Below are positions 16,809 to 26,562 of a stretch of 48,543 nucleotides of DNA, one piece after another. The notes under the pieces were generated by a model. It did not search any database, was not told the DNA's origin, and saw only the letters and a list, made by a program, of their open reading frames with translations. This DNA comes from a virus (taxonomy: Duplodnaviria > Caudoviricetes), in the IMG/VR virus record IMGVR_UViG_3300043039_000024, positions 1 to 48,543 of that record. The stretch is one strand, 5' to 3'. The position numbers and the translations under genes are program-made. Numbering within the stretch: position 1 is the stretch's first letter; the number at the start of each line of letters is the position of its first letter.

Positions 16809-17531
16809 TCATTTGAACATATCCGGGCATTCTGCTTCCCATGCCGCCTTGCATTGATCTTCTGTTTCGAATGTTATATCAGTAGGTAGATCCGCATCAA
16901 ATATAAAATACGCATCACCATTTAACATATTTATACGATATCCCGGCTTCCCGATCTGCGCGCCTTCCCACTGCATCAGTTTTCCGATAAGCGCCATCGC
17001 AGGAATTACATCCGCAAAGCAATCAGCTGGAACCATAACGCTATTTTTCAGGGCAACCGGGGCCATGTGCACGTCGCGCTTCTTTGGGCCATCTGGGATT
17101 GCTTCGAAATCTGTGCGTTGCAAATGACCGTATTCGACATGACCTCCGTCATCAGCCCAAATAAGACGCAACTGGTCATGTTTGACTACATGCCGATCTG
17201 ATCCGACGAGCAAAAACCGCGATCCATCTGGCGCATCTTTCGCTGCATCGAACAGCGTCTGCTTTTTCAGGATATCGGCGGGATATACGCGGCGCTGGCA
17301 AATATCATACTCACTAAGACCCCACCCAAGAAAGTGAAGTCCCCAAAAAATGCAGTTATCTTCTCTGTCGCATCCTGCGTACTCACCTTGATTTTCTTCC
17401 ACACTACACCCCGCCTCCCGGAACGCTTCCCGCAGATCGTTGTGCATTGCTTCATCTTTAATGTCGCACGCCATTACGTAGTCGCCCGGCTGTAATTTAA
17501 TCACTGTATCCAACCCCCAAAAGTTCGTCAT
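16809..17531 (-). CDS. PGDY-domain paralog 1
   Basis: LQPGDYVMACDIKDEAMHNDLREAFREAGC...RRVYPADIL. Confidence 0.7.
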   Translation of the reverse strand: MTNFWGLDTVIKLQPGDYVMACDIKDEAMHNDLREAFREAGCSVEENQGEYAGCDREDNCIFWGLHFLGWGLSEYDICQRRVYPADILKKQTLFDAAKDAPDGSRFLLVGSDRHVVKHDQLRLIWADDGGHVEYGHLQRTDFEAIPDGPKKRDVHMAPVALKNSVMVPADCFADVIPAMALIGKLMQWEGAQIGKPGYRINMLNGDAYFIFDADLPTDITFETEDQCKAAWEAECPDMFK

Positions 17532-17721
17532 TGTATCGATCTATTGCAGATTTAAGGGTGTAATATACCCACAAATCTGCGTATTTCGTCACTTCATATG
17601 TCGTAACATTATCAACAGGATTTACGACAACCATCATCACAACCCCATCCTCAGCCGCAATTCCCTGCCGAGCTTCAAAGCCAACAAAATTATCAACGCA
17701 AATCGCAGTTTTACATCTCAT
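17497..17721 (-). CDS. Hypothetical protein
   Basis: ATGA coupling to the HTH gene. Confidence 0.5.
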   Translation of the reverse strand: MRCKTAICVDNFVGFEARQGIAAEDGVVMMVVVNPVDNVTTYEVTKYADLWVYYTLKSAIDRYNDELLGVGYSD

Positions 17722-17921
17722 TTCATATCCCTCACTTGCTCGATTGTTAAAATTCCGTCGCGCATCGCACACATGACAATCTGCGTTGATCGCATGACCT
17801 TCTGCGTTTGGCCCGCCTCAATTAGGGATACAGCCCTGTGGCTGATACCCAAAACAACAGCGAGTTCGCTTTGTGACAGGTTAAGCTGTTCTCGAATGGT
17901 GGTAAATTGTACTGGCGTCAT
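17718..17921 (-). CDS. XRE-family HTH regulator
   Basis: IREQLNLSQSELAVVLGISHRAVSLIEAG. Confidence 0.85.
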   Translation of the reverse strand: MTPVQFTTIREQLNLSQSELAVVLGISHRAVSLIEAGQTQKVMRSTQIVMCAMRDGILTIEQVRDMK

Positions 17922-18313
17922 TTATTCCCCTCCGCTTTGGAAATAGCATGGCGGGCTATCTGTTTGTATTCCCATGCTTGCGCTCCATAAGATCCATCAC
18001 CATTGGCAATTAGGCGCAATGCATCCAGCAATTTCGGCCCAATTTCATCCCATGATGGGCCATCTCCAAGGATTTGGGAGAGCGTGACGCGACGATATCC
18101 TTTTTTCATCTCGAAGCATTTTGACCACATTTCGAGATGATTTTCATCAGGGCACCAACCGATTCTGTCCCAATTTTTAATCGTATCATGAAAGTCATGC
18201 CCATCAAATATAACGGCCCCAGCATCCATAAACGCATCAATCACCAATTGGCGCTTATCGAATGGAATTTCAGATGTTAAGATATAGTCGCCGGGTTTGA
18301 GTTCGAAGGTCAT
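17918..18313 (-). CDS. PGDY-domain paralog 2
   Basis: LKPGDYIL...AFMDAGA...RRVTLSQILG. Confidence 0.65.
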   Translation of the reverse strand: MTFELKPGDYILTSEIPFDKRQLVIDAFMDAGAVIFDGHDFHDTIKNWDRIGWCPDENHLEMWSKCFEMKKGYRRVTLSQILGDGPSWDEIGPKLLDALRLIANGDGSYGAQAWEYKQIARHAISKAEGNK

Positions 18314-18320
18314 TTCAATT

Positions 18321-18381
18321 TCCTTGGTTAATGTTTCGATAAAGCTACCTTACCACAAATCAAGCGGGTTGCAAGAAGTTT
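18321..18381 (-). promoter_or_regulatory. Sigma70-type promoter with ATCGAAACA leader
   Basis: AAACTTCTTGCAA-N16-TAAGGT-AG-CTTTATCGAAACA..AACCAAGGA; same layout as 33190-33255. Confidence 0.75.
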
Positions 18382-18473
18382 ATTCGGTTAATCGCCATCA
18401 TATGCAAGATTGCTGAACATCCGATCTCGTACTATGTTAACTATCGTGGTGGATATAGGTATTTTAATTTTGA

Positions 18474-19295
18474 TTATATCACACACTCGCACGGTTTAAC
18501 GGGATCAACATCCTGGAACAAATCTGACTGGTCGAAATTTTCCAGAGCCTTCCTTGCCCGCGCAAAAAACGTCCTTCCATCTTCATGCTCTGTTGTCGTG
18601 ATGCCCATTGAAAATAGCTGCGCGAATAAAGGCTCAAGTTCTTCGAGGTAAACACCATTCATGATTGAATGTCCTATGACTTCTTCTGCCATTTTTGCCC
18701 GATTAAAAATATCGCGACGGTAGCAGTAAACAATATACCAGTGTTGCTTTCCTGCTTTGAGGCATCCGATGCAATTTGCGTGTCTAAAAATGTCATAAAC
18801 AAGTGGCGGCGCAATACCTAGCTCATGCGCTGACGGAATTTTTTCATTCCATAAAGCCAACGGGTAATCAGTTTTAAATCCCATTGACCCCATGATTGAT
18901 GACCGTCTTTGAATTCTCACGGTCTCATTTGCGTCAAACCCATAATAAACTATGCAGTTTTTTTCAGGGTAATTTTGGCTTAAAAACTTAGTGAACGGCT
19001 CTGTTTTCAACCGGCTTGTACATAACTCTTGCCCATTTTTAACTTTAAATGCTTTGGCTTGGATTGTTACATCGAACTGGTCCACATTAGGAAATCCAAC
19101 GTGATTTGCATAGGTTATTGGCACGCCAATCATATCAGAAAACTCAGACTTGAACCGTTTTACATCTGATGGTTCCACGTCGGGAGATATATCATGGTTC
19201 AAGAGTACTGTATTTTCTCTACCGAATTTTTCAGCGACAGCGAAAGCTACACGTGCGCTGCTCTCTCCACCGGAATAACAAACAATGTGATCCAT
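18474..19295 (-). CDS. PP-loop (PAPS reductase-like) adenine nucleotide alpha hydrolase
   Basis: IVCYSGGESS, CTSRLK.EP, GFD..E..R, HANCIGCLKAG, C-terminal PCEC. Confidence 0.8.
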   Translation of the reverse strand: MDHIVCYSGGESSARVAFAVAEKFGRENTVLLNHDISPDVEPSDVKRFKSEFSDMIGVPITYANHVGFPNVDQFDVTIQAKAFKVKNGQELCTSRLKTEPFTKFLSQNYPEKNCIVYYGFDANETVRIQRRSSIMGSMGFKTDYPLALWNEKIPSAHELGIAPPLVYDIFRHANCIGCLKAGKQHWYIVYCYRRDIFNRAKMAEEVIGHSIMNGVYLEELEPLFAQLFSMGITTTEHEDGRTFFARARKALENFDQSDLFQDVDPVKPCECVI

Positions 19296-19303
19296 TACAT
19301 AAA

Positions 19304-20719
19304 TTATCCTTCATACGCAAGATTGCTGAAACGCTGCCGGTCTCCGTTGAATGCGCACCTAACAGACCCAACCTTCCCGCGACGGGCCTTGCCAATGATA
19401 ACATCAGCGGTCCCTTGAACTTCATTTAACCGCGCTTGCCATCTGGCATACCGGTCTGCAAATTTGTCTTGCGCCTCGTCATTGCGGCGTGATGGCTCGG
19501 CACGCTCTAAGTAATATTGCTCTCGATAAACAAACATAACAACGTCTGCATCCTGCTCAATTGCCCCGCTATCGCGCAAATCTGACAGCATGGGCCGCTT
19601 ATCCTCTCGCTGTTCTACCTGCCTTGATAACTGCGATAAAAGGACAATGGGGATATTCATTTCCTTAGCCAAGGCTTTGAGACCTGCCGTGATCTGGGCA
19701 ACCTTCAAATCATGCCTCTCGCCAGCAGCCTCGGATGATTTCATAAAACCAAGGTAATCGACAACAATCATTTTAAGGCCGACCTTGCGCGATACTCTCC
19801 GCGCCTCGCTCCTAATGCGCGCTACCGTCGCCCCCGATCTATCATCAATCACCATTTTAGAAAATCGCATTTGGTCGGCATATTCACATAGCCGCTCAAA
19901 TGTTTGCTGATCAATGTCACCTTTGACAATATCGGTATATGATATATCAGCCACGTTCGAAAACACGCGCTCTACAAGCTGGAATTGCGACATTTCCAAG
20001 CTGAAAAAAAGAACCGACCCGTCTTTGTCATCCATCCCGGATGATGTGTCGTTAGACGCAAAATTTGCGATTTCCAAAGCCAGCGCCGTCTTGCCCATTG
20101 ACGGCCTTCCGGCCAAAATAATCAAATCTGACGCCTGTAATCCACCAAGGTATTTATCTAAATCTGATATCCCTGTTGCCACGCCATTAATGCGACCGTC
20201 GCGCATCGCCGCCATTCTGTCGCTAATCTGGGTCAGCGTTTCCGCCGCAGCGTCGCCAATGGTTACCGTTTTTGTTGTTGCACCAGTTGCCGCAAGTGCA
20301 AATAATTCGGTTTCTCCGTATTCACGGATTTCGTCAATGTCATCTGTCACGGATTGGTTAAGCGCACCGTCACGCATTTTATCGGATATTTCAATAATCC
20401 GGCGACGGTCAAACGCGGCCTTAATGGTTTTTGCATAATCCTTGTTGCTATGCGTCCCAAAAAAGCAATCAGCAATTTCAACCAAATCTTGCGCCTCAAA
20501 CCGCCCGGTCATTGCTGGCGGAATGGCTTGCTTGCCAATGCTCGTTAAGCGCAAAATCTCTGCGTAAATCTCGCCATGCAATTCGGCATAAAAATGTGCA
20601 GGTTCTAAAATATCCGATATCTGGTCTACGCCATTATTGTTCATGAAAAGGCTTGCAATCAGCAATCGCTCAATCTCATAGGCATTCGGCAATTCCGTCT
20701 GTTTGAAAATATCATTCAT
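19304..20719 (-). CDS. dnaB: Replicative DNA helicase
   Basis: AGRPSMGKT, FSLEMS, VVDYL, LSQLSR, DLRDSGAIEQDAD. Confidence 0.97.
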   Translation of the reverse strand: MNDIFKQTELPNAYEIERLLIASLFMNNNGVDQISDILEPAHFYAELHGEIYAEILRLTSIGKQAIPPAMTGRFEAQDLVEIADCFFGTHSNKDYAKTIKAAFDRRRIIEISDKMRDGALNQSVTDDIDEIREYGETELFALAATGATTKTVTIGDAAAETLTQISDRMAAMRDGRINGVATGISDLDKYLGGLQASDLIILAGRPSMGKTALALEIANFASNDTSSGMDDKDGSVLFFSLEMSQFQLVERVFSNVADISYTDIVKGDIDQQTFERLCEYADQMRFSKMVIDDRSGATVARIRSEARRVSRKVGLKMIVVDYLGFMKSSEAAGERHDLKVAQITAGLKALAKEMNIPIVLLSQLSRQVEQREDKRPMLSDLRDSGAIEQDADVVMFVYREQYYLERAEPSRRNDEAQDKFADRYARWQARLNEVQGTADVIIGKARRGKVGSVRCAFNGDRQRFSNLAYEG

Positions 20720-21519
20720 TCCGGCACCCCGTAATCAGACCTGCTAGGCATTGGTCCTTGTTTGCCGCCCTTCTGCCATTTGTCGATGGCGTCACCCCAT
20801 TTGGCTTGCGGGCTGTCAAGGTTGCATTCTGACGATATTCCCTCATCTAGCCAGCACTTGCCATTTAGCCATGTAGCAGGGTGTTTGATGTAATCCTTGG
20901 GCTTACCCTCGAAAAGTTCAGAATATGCTTTCGTGGCGCTTACAAGCTGGTCAAACGGCACATCCTTAATCGCGGCCTTGTACGCTTTTTCCGCCTGACC
21001 TCTCCCAACCTTTTTTGGGTAATGTTTATACCAATCATCAAATGTGCTTTCAGGTTTAGTATTTATTTCCTGATCTTCAAAAAAACAATCAGATGATGTT
21101 TCCTTTCCTTTCCCTTCCTTTCCCTTCCTTCCTTCCCTTCCGCTTTCACGCGTGTTCACGCCACTTTCACGCGTCACCGTTTTTTGATCATCATCATCAT
21201 ATTCAGGTAAAATAGATGATCCTTCTCTGTTATTGATAACCTGATGCTCGGAAAATGTCGGAATAAAGCAAAGATCCATTCCTTTGGCGTGGTACAAGAT
21301 TATCATCCCACGACTGACAAGTTCATTCGCCAGTTCATTAATGTCGCAATCATCAGCAGGAAGGCATCGCATTTTTAGCGTTTCCGCATTCCACTTTAAA
21401 CGACCCGCTCTGTCAGCCTGACACCACAGTGACACGTAAAAGAGGCGTGCAAGCGGTGACAAAGACACGCTATCTGCACTTGTGAAAAATTCAGGCTTGA
21501 TTGTTCTAATACGTGCCAT
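20716..21519 (-). CDS. Phage replication initiator
   Basis: MARIRTIKPEFF N-terminus; YPKKVGR...HPATWLN C-terminus; adjacent to dnaB. Confidence 0.85.
   Translation of the reverse strand: MARIRTIKPEFFTSADSVSLSPLARLFYVSLWCQADRAGRLKWNAETLKMRCLPADDCDINELANELVSRGMIILYHAKGMDLCFIPTFSEHQVINNREGSSILPEYDDDDQKTVTRESGVNTRESGREGRKGKEGKGKETSSDCFFEDQEINTKPESTFDDWYKHYPKKVGRGQAEKAYKAAIKDVPFDQLVSATKAYSELFEGKPKDYIKHPATWLNGKCWLDEGISSECNLDSPQAKWGDAIDKWQKGGKQGPMPSRSDYGVPE
21099..21174. repeat. Putative replication origin: polypyrimidine tract and iteron-like repeats
   Basis: 43-nt C/T-only tract; CTTTCACGCGT at 21143 and 21164; TTCACGC at 21155; inside the initiator linker. Confidence 0.55.
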
Positions 21520-21717
21520 AGGCGCACTTACCCTATCTTGATAAGCAGCCAATTTTTTGGGAAATGACTGCAATGTTAACCTTCCGGCTCTCACCCCGGC
21601 CTCACAATGCTTGGGCGACGCTCCTTAGTAGCGGAACATTGCATTGTGAGAGAACGCTTTCGGCCTTTCGACCGAGAACGCCGCCCATATGTTTTGTATC
21701 AAATCACGATGATGATG

Positions 21718-22089
21718 TCAATCTTTTGCTTTTCGTGTTTTTTCCCACCAATCCGAAACATAATTTGCATCACTCCACATTGGGTTGTTACGAAATTCAC
21801 GCTGGTACGTTTCTTTCATTGCCCTATGCGATACAATATTACCATCAATTACATTAGCGGATGATCCCGGATCACTATCAGGCTTGTACCATCCTGTTTT
21901 TTTCTCTTGCTCTGTAAGATCTCGATATTCATCAAATGCACCAATTTCTGATGCGTGGCAAGATTGGCAAAAGTAAGGACCACATTGGACCATACCAACG
22001 CCAACAGATACGTAATCAGCTTCACAAACTTTTCCGCAATATGGGCATTCCTGCGTAGGTTGTTCTTGTCCATATCCATAACCGCTCAT
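21718..22089 (-). CDS. Zinc-ribbon protein
   Basis: CPYC...CQSC; AAGGA RBS. Confidence 0.65.
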   Translation of the reverse strand: MSGYGYGQEQPTQECPYCGKVCEADYVSVGVGMVQCGPYFCQSCHASEIGAFDEYRDLTEQEKKTGWYKPDSDPGSSANVIDGNIVSHRAMKETYQREFRNNPMWSDANYVSDWWEKTRKAKD

Positions 22090-22125
22090 TTGATAAATTC
22101 CTTTTCAATGTACACGATGATGAAG

Positions 22126-22545
22126 TCAACGAATATCAACGATACTAATTTTACCGCCAGTTGATTTGTCTCGTTTAGAGGCCATCGCTACGGCCTCCTC
22201 TGCGCTTGCGCCCATATCCATAGCTGTCAACGCATGGTCAGAACCGCTGCCAAATGCTCTTGGCTCCGACCTATCCAAATCAGTAAAACAAATAGTGTCG
22301 TCTAATGCGTAAAAACACCAACATTTATCACCATCAACAACAAAGCCAGACATATCTTTTTTTGATGCCGGATAATTTGGGTATGATTTTGCATATGCTT
22401 CCAGTTCTGATATGTCACCAGATCCAATTATTCGCGCACTACCTGCCAACAAGCATTTGTTGTAATTATCACTCACAATCTGGTTTCCAGACGTAATGCG
22501 CCCATCAAAAGCAATAATTCCGTCTTTGTATGCAATTGTTGTCAT
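22126..22545 (-). CDS. Ntn-hydrolase (HslV/proteasome-beta-like) protein
   Basis: N-terminal MTTIAY, D.RIT, GSG...A..AMDMG...EAV...D..TGG. Confidence 0.8.
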   Translation of the reverse strand: MTTIAYKDGIIAFDGRITSGNQIVSDNYNKCLLAGSARIIGSGDISELEAYAKSYPNYPASKKDMSGFVVDGDKCWCFYALDDTICFTDLDRSEPRAFGSGSDHALTAMDMGASAEEAVAMASKRDKSTGGKISIVDIR

Positions 22546-22910
22546 TTCAATTCCTTTTCGATGTATTTCTTCGCCATTTGACGCCAGCTAGAGCGCCCTG
22601 ATGTTAATGTGTCCACATCTGCGTGGACAATCGCAAAGGCGGCTGCTTGCAGGTTTAAATCGCCAGAAAACGCACGTTTGAGATTTTCGATCTTTGTTTC
22701 TGTCATGTCGATAACGGAAATTGACCTTTTCTTGTCATTATCAAATTCAAGGTATTTTAAAGCCTTGCGCAAATCCTCCTCTCTGTCGCCCTTCGATCCT
22801 GCGCGCCAAATGTATTTCAGCGCGTTTCCAAGCGTGAATGACATATCAACAGCGTATTCGATGCATTTAACGCCATTTCTGTCATAGTGCCGTGGGTTTA
22901 TTTTATTCAT
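22542..22910 (-). CDS. DUF3310 (T7 gp1.7-like) protein
   Basis: INPRHY, GNALKYIWRAGSK, EDLRKA. Confidence 0.85.
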   Translation of the reverse strand: MNKINPRHYDRNGVKCIEYAVDMSFTLGNALKYIWRAGSKGDREEDLRKALKYLEFDNDKKRSISVIDMTETKIENLKRAFSGDLNLQAAAFAIVHADVDTLTSGRSSWRQMAKKYIEKELK

Positions 22911-24176
22911 TTACCTGTTACCTCCGAATAAATCAGACGTCTCTATTTCTGGCTCTTTGACTTTTTCAGCTTTTTTTATGGCTTTTAATTGCTTAAACCG
23001 CTGCCATGCGGCACTTTTAGGCTGAGTTTGACCAAGCCCTTTGCACCAATAATCATTTCGTAAAATGCATTTAGCCATGCGTCTCCATGAAGGTGCCCAT
23101 TGCTTTGCTTCTAGCTGTGGCGGAGCTTCATCAGGAATTGCGTCATAACCCCTGCGGTGCCACCCAACGATGAATTTTTTAAACCGGTCGGCATAATGAT
23201 CACGCGTCTTTGGCGGCAAAGTTCGAAGCAACATATTGGTAAAGCTCTCCCAAGTATGGCCTTCTGGTAGGGTAACCTTGTTGTACCCGTTAATGTTTCC
23301 CCTTTCCTGAATATAAAGAGATCCGCTATTTGCTCCATTAACCCTTGCAATCAATTTAAACCATGTTTCAGGCTCTAGGATGTGATATAGCCAAAGCCCT
23401 TTTCGCTGGTCATCCCCAAAAGGCTGGCATAGACGTTGGTCAGAAAGAGGAACGCCAGCCATTTGCATTTTGTCGTAAACCGGGTTGTGTGGTTTATCAG
23501 GATAAACAGAATGATATTTCCAGATATCTTCTGTCAGCCAGTCATATATTGGATAAACATTGTAAACCTGACCTGTGACTTTTGTGGTCCATCGCCAACC
23601 ATTCAACATCAAGTCTTTCTTTTCCCAAGTCGCAATAGCACAATAGCGATGCAGGCTTTCTTGCGCTCTAATACCAATAAACCCAGCTGTCTTTTTTCCT
23701 CCTCCATACCAAGCACCAAAGACAGTGATGAATTCCTCAAATTCTATACCATCATCCATATCATCAAGAAGGAATGGATAATCTTTGACGCCCTTGCATC
23801 CGTGAGGCTTTTCTCTGATCCAGTCACTTTCTCTATCTTTATCCCACGCAATCCACTGAGGCTCATAATTAGTTAGCGCATTTCGGAGACGCATAGGGAT
23901 GCAAATCCAATGAGGATCAATGTTGGATTTGTAAAGATCAAACATTTCTTTGGTATGCTTTACCGTATCCATGTATTGAGCCTCTAGGTCAATATACATG
24001 ATACCAACCTTGGTGTTCCGTCGTTGCGCTTCTTCCATAACAAGATGGAATAATACGCTGCTGTCTTTCCCTCCTGAAAATGCAACGTATTGTCGATCTG
24101 TTGCATCAAATGATTGTGAAATACGTTTACGTGCTTCTGTTAAAACATCAGTTTCAATGTAGCGTTTACCGCCCAT
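22911..24176 (-). CDS. ibrA: IbrA-like PAPS reductase family protein with DUF3440
   Basis: FSGGKDS, DLEAQY, GIRAQES, YPIYDW, RVNGAN, PSWRR...ILRNDYWC. Confidence 0.88.
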   Translation of the reverse strand: MGGKRYIETDVLTEARKRISQSFDATDRQYVAFSGGKDSSVLFHLVMEEAQRRNTKVGIMYIDLEAQYMDTVKHTKEMFDLYKSNIDPHWICIPMRLRNALTNYEPQWIAWDKDRESDWIREKPHGCKGVKDYPFLLDDMDDGIEFEEFITVFGAWYGGGKKTAGFIGIRAQESLHRYCAIATWEKKDLMLNGWRWTTKVTGQVYNVYPIYDWLTEDIWKYHSVYPDKPHNPVYDKMQMAGVPLSDQRLCQPFGDDQRKGLWLYHILEPETWFKLIARVNGANSGSLYIQERGNINGYNKVTLPEGHTWESFTNMLLRTLPPKTRDHYADRFKKFIVGWHRRGYDAIPDEAPPQLEAKQWAPSWRRMAKCILRNDYWCKGLGQTQPKSAAWQRFKQLKAIKKAEKVKEPEIETSDLFGGNR

Positions 24177-24184
24177 AACCTACC

Positions 24185-25333
24185 TCAATAAATATCTGCT
24201 TGACGATCTGGGCTTGCTTCTTCCATGGGAACTAGTTCTCGTCCATTTTCTTCAAGCCATTTATTCAATGCCTTCAACGCAACATTATCTGCGGATTTTT
24301 GTTGTTCTTCTGTCAGCAAGCTATATCCACCCCGAAATTCAGCAGGAATTCCGTACTTGTGACATAATGCTGCTTGCCCTAGCCAAGCTATTCTATTCAT
24401 TGCAGTGTTTGTTAGATAATGTTCACAAGAATTTTTCCACTTTGGAATTACATCATCTAGAACACGTGCAAATTCTTCTGTGTCTGACAGCAAGTCACGA
24501 TAATACGCACGGCAATTATCTGCGGTCATTCCTTTTGGAGGCTTTGTTTCATAAAAACCAGCCTTTGCACATTCCCATTTATCAAACGTATGGAATATAC
24601 GATTTTCATCATCGGTGTTTGCGGTTTTAACCGTTACTTCTTCATTTTCATAATCGTCCTTCGACCCTGAAATATCATCAAAATCTTCTGGTGTAATATA
24701 TCCTTGTGGCTCCCATGCCTTTGAAAATTCACCATCTGCAAAAATATCAGATAAACCAGTTATCTGGCAAAGACGTAAAACCTCATCTTCATCCATACCC
24801 AATTCCTGACATATCTTTTTATTTGACCAATTTCGGCGCTTAAGTTCAATGACCATATCAGACATGGCCTCTACTTTGTGCTTACCACGCGCCCTATTGT
24901 GACGCACTGTAGACGCCATGCGCTCGGTTTTCCCGACTTGCTCCGCCCTGATTTGAACAACCGGAAGAAAGCCGTAAATACGTGAATTGATATCTAGACA
25001 CTCTTTCCCGACACGGTGCCGATGAAAGCCATCAACAACAACTATCTTTTCGCCCTCCATATTGCCGACAATTGGTTGCGTGTATCCATCAGCACGAATT
25101 GATGTACGTAAAAGTTCCATTTCTGGCGGCGCTACGCTGTTTGGATTGTAGTCATTTGCCTGAACATCGTCATTGACAACCCATTTAACAAAATCAACAG
25201 GCTCCGTCTTGAATGGGCTAACTTTATGTAATTGCTCTCTGATTTGGTTAATAGCGTCAACTTTTTCCTTTAATTCTAAATTTGAGATTTGATCGCAGAT
25301 GTTTGAAACGTCAAACATAATGTTATCAGTCAT
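24185..25333 (-). CDS. ibrB: IbrB-like ParB/Srx protein with an extra C-terminal domain
   Basis: ANDYNPNSVAPPEM, DGYTQPIV, VDGFHR, STVRHNRARGKH, LGMDEDEVLRL. Confidence 0.88.
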   Translation of the reverse strand: MTDNIMFDVSNICDQISNLELKEKVDAINQIREQLHKVSPFKTEPVDFVKWVVNDDVQANDYNPNSVAPPEMELLRTSIRADGYTQPIVGNMEGEKIVVVDGFHRHRVGKECLDINSRIYGFLPVVQIRAEQVGKTERMASTVRHNRARGKHKVEAMSDMVIELKRRNWSNKKICQELGMDEDEVLRLCQITGLSDIFADGEFSKAWEPQGYITPEDFDDISGSKDDYENEEVTVKTANTDDENRIFHTFDKWECAKAGFYETKPPKGMTADNCRAYYRDLLSDTEEFARVLDDVIPKWKNSCEHYLTNTAMNRIAWLGQAALCHKYGIPAEFRGGYSLLTEEQQKSADNVALKALNKWLEENGRELVPMEEASPDRQADIY

Positions 25334-25395
25334 TGGCTTCCTCTCTTCATTGACTTTATCAACGTATCACATTGGAAATAAATTCATAGTGCTTT

Positions 25396-25791
25396 TTACC
25401 ATGACGGATATTTTTCCCCCGCCAAAGAAAAGGCCTTGTGCGTCGGGCAGGGCTTGCCGTTTACGTAAATAATCCCGCCCTTAAATTGTGCCGTATATCC
25501 TTTCATTCCATTGATAATTCGCGCTACGATGATATAGGGATTGCGTACTGTATTGATGTTTTGCTGATCGGTATCTACCTTCCCGCTCGGCTTTTTGATC
25601 GAATATGCGTATTGTCCCGGCGGCAAATCAACACCGGAACACCGCAATGATAATGCCGCCCCGCTGGATTGGGTAAATCCGAATTTATCCCGAACTGTAT
25701 CGACAATGTCCTTCCGTGGTTTTCCCTTCGCGATCATGGCATTTGCAAAAATCACCATTTTATCGCGTTTTACGTCCGTCATACGTTTCAT
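25396..25791 (-). CDS. Hypothetical basic protein
   Basis: AAGGA RBS; follows ssb. Confidence 0.6.
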   Translation of the reverse strand: MKRMTDVKRDKMVIFANAMIAKGKPRKDIVDTVRDKFGFTQSSGAALSLRCSGVDLPPGQYAYSIKKPSGKVDTDQQNINTVRNPYIIVARIINGMKGYTAQFKGGIIYVNGKPCPTHKAFSLAGEKYPSW

Positions 25792-25802
25792 TTTGTCAAT
25801 CC

Positions 25803-26258
25803 TTAAAAGGGAATATCTTCGCCTAAATCATCCGCGCCACCATAGCCGCTAGATTGGCCGCTATCTTTGCCATACCCGCTAGATGATGAATTACCACCAT
25901 CGCCAGATCGGCTATCAAGCATGGTTAGCGTGCTGTTAAATCCATCTAGGACAACCTCGGTGGTGTAGTTATCCTTACCGTCCTGTCCCTGCCATTTGCG
26001 GGTACGTAAAGTGCCTTCGATATAAAGCTTGCTGCCTTTTTTAACAAAGCGTTCGACAACGTCGGCCAGCCCTTCATTGAAAACAACAATTCGATGAAAC
26101 TCTGCCCTTTCTTTTCGCTCCCCAGACTGCCGGTCTCGCCAGCTTTCATTGGTCACCACATTGATGTTGGCAATTTTTTTACCGGATTGCGTGTGTCTGA
26201 TTTCAGGGTCTTTGCCGACATTGCCGACTAAGATTACTTTGTTAACTGATCCAGCCAT
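25803..26258 (-). CDS. ssb: Single-stranded DNA-binding protein
   Basis: MAGSVNKVILVGN...DPEIR; C-terminal DIPF. Confidence 0.97.
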   Translation of the reverse strand: MAGSVNKVILVGNVGKDPEIRHTQSGKKIANINVVTNESWRDRQSGERKERAEFHRIVVFNEGLADVVERFVKKGSKLYIEGTLRTRKWQGQDGKDNYTTEVVLDGFNSTLTMLDSRSGDGGNSSSSGYGKDSGQSSGYGGADDLGEDIPF

Positions 26259-26554
26259 TATTCCAACTCCCTAATAATTTTCGAAACTGCGTTGAATTTC
26301 TTTTTTAACTCATTTTCAACCAAATTAGCGGCGCAACGGCCAACTACTTTATAATCAACGTCACCATTCATACCTGTTCTATAGGCATTAAATCCAACGT
26401 AAAGGCAATTAACGACCCATTCGCCGGGATATAAGATGTGAGTTTTTCCAATCCAAATGCGCAAATCTTCAAATTCAACTGACCACGCATCAGGTTCTTT
26501 ATTCCCGCGCTCTCCCTGCTTATACTGGGTAGCGTCTTTCCATTTAATATTCAT
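26258..26554 (-). CDS. Hypothetical protein
   Basis: Tiles the operon; TAATG coupling to ssb. Confidence 0.6.
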   Translation of the reverse strand: MNIKWKDATQYKQGERGNKEPDAWSVEFEDLRIWIGKTHILYPGEWVVNCLYVGFNAYRTGMNGDVDYKVVGRCAANLVENELKKKFNAVSKIIRELE

Positions 26555-26562
26555 TATTAATC

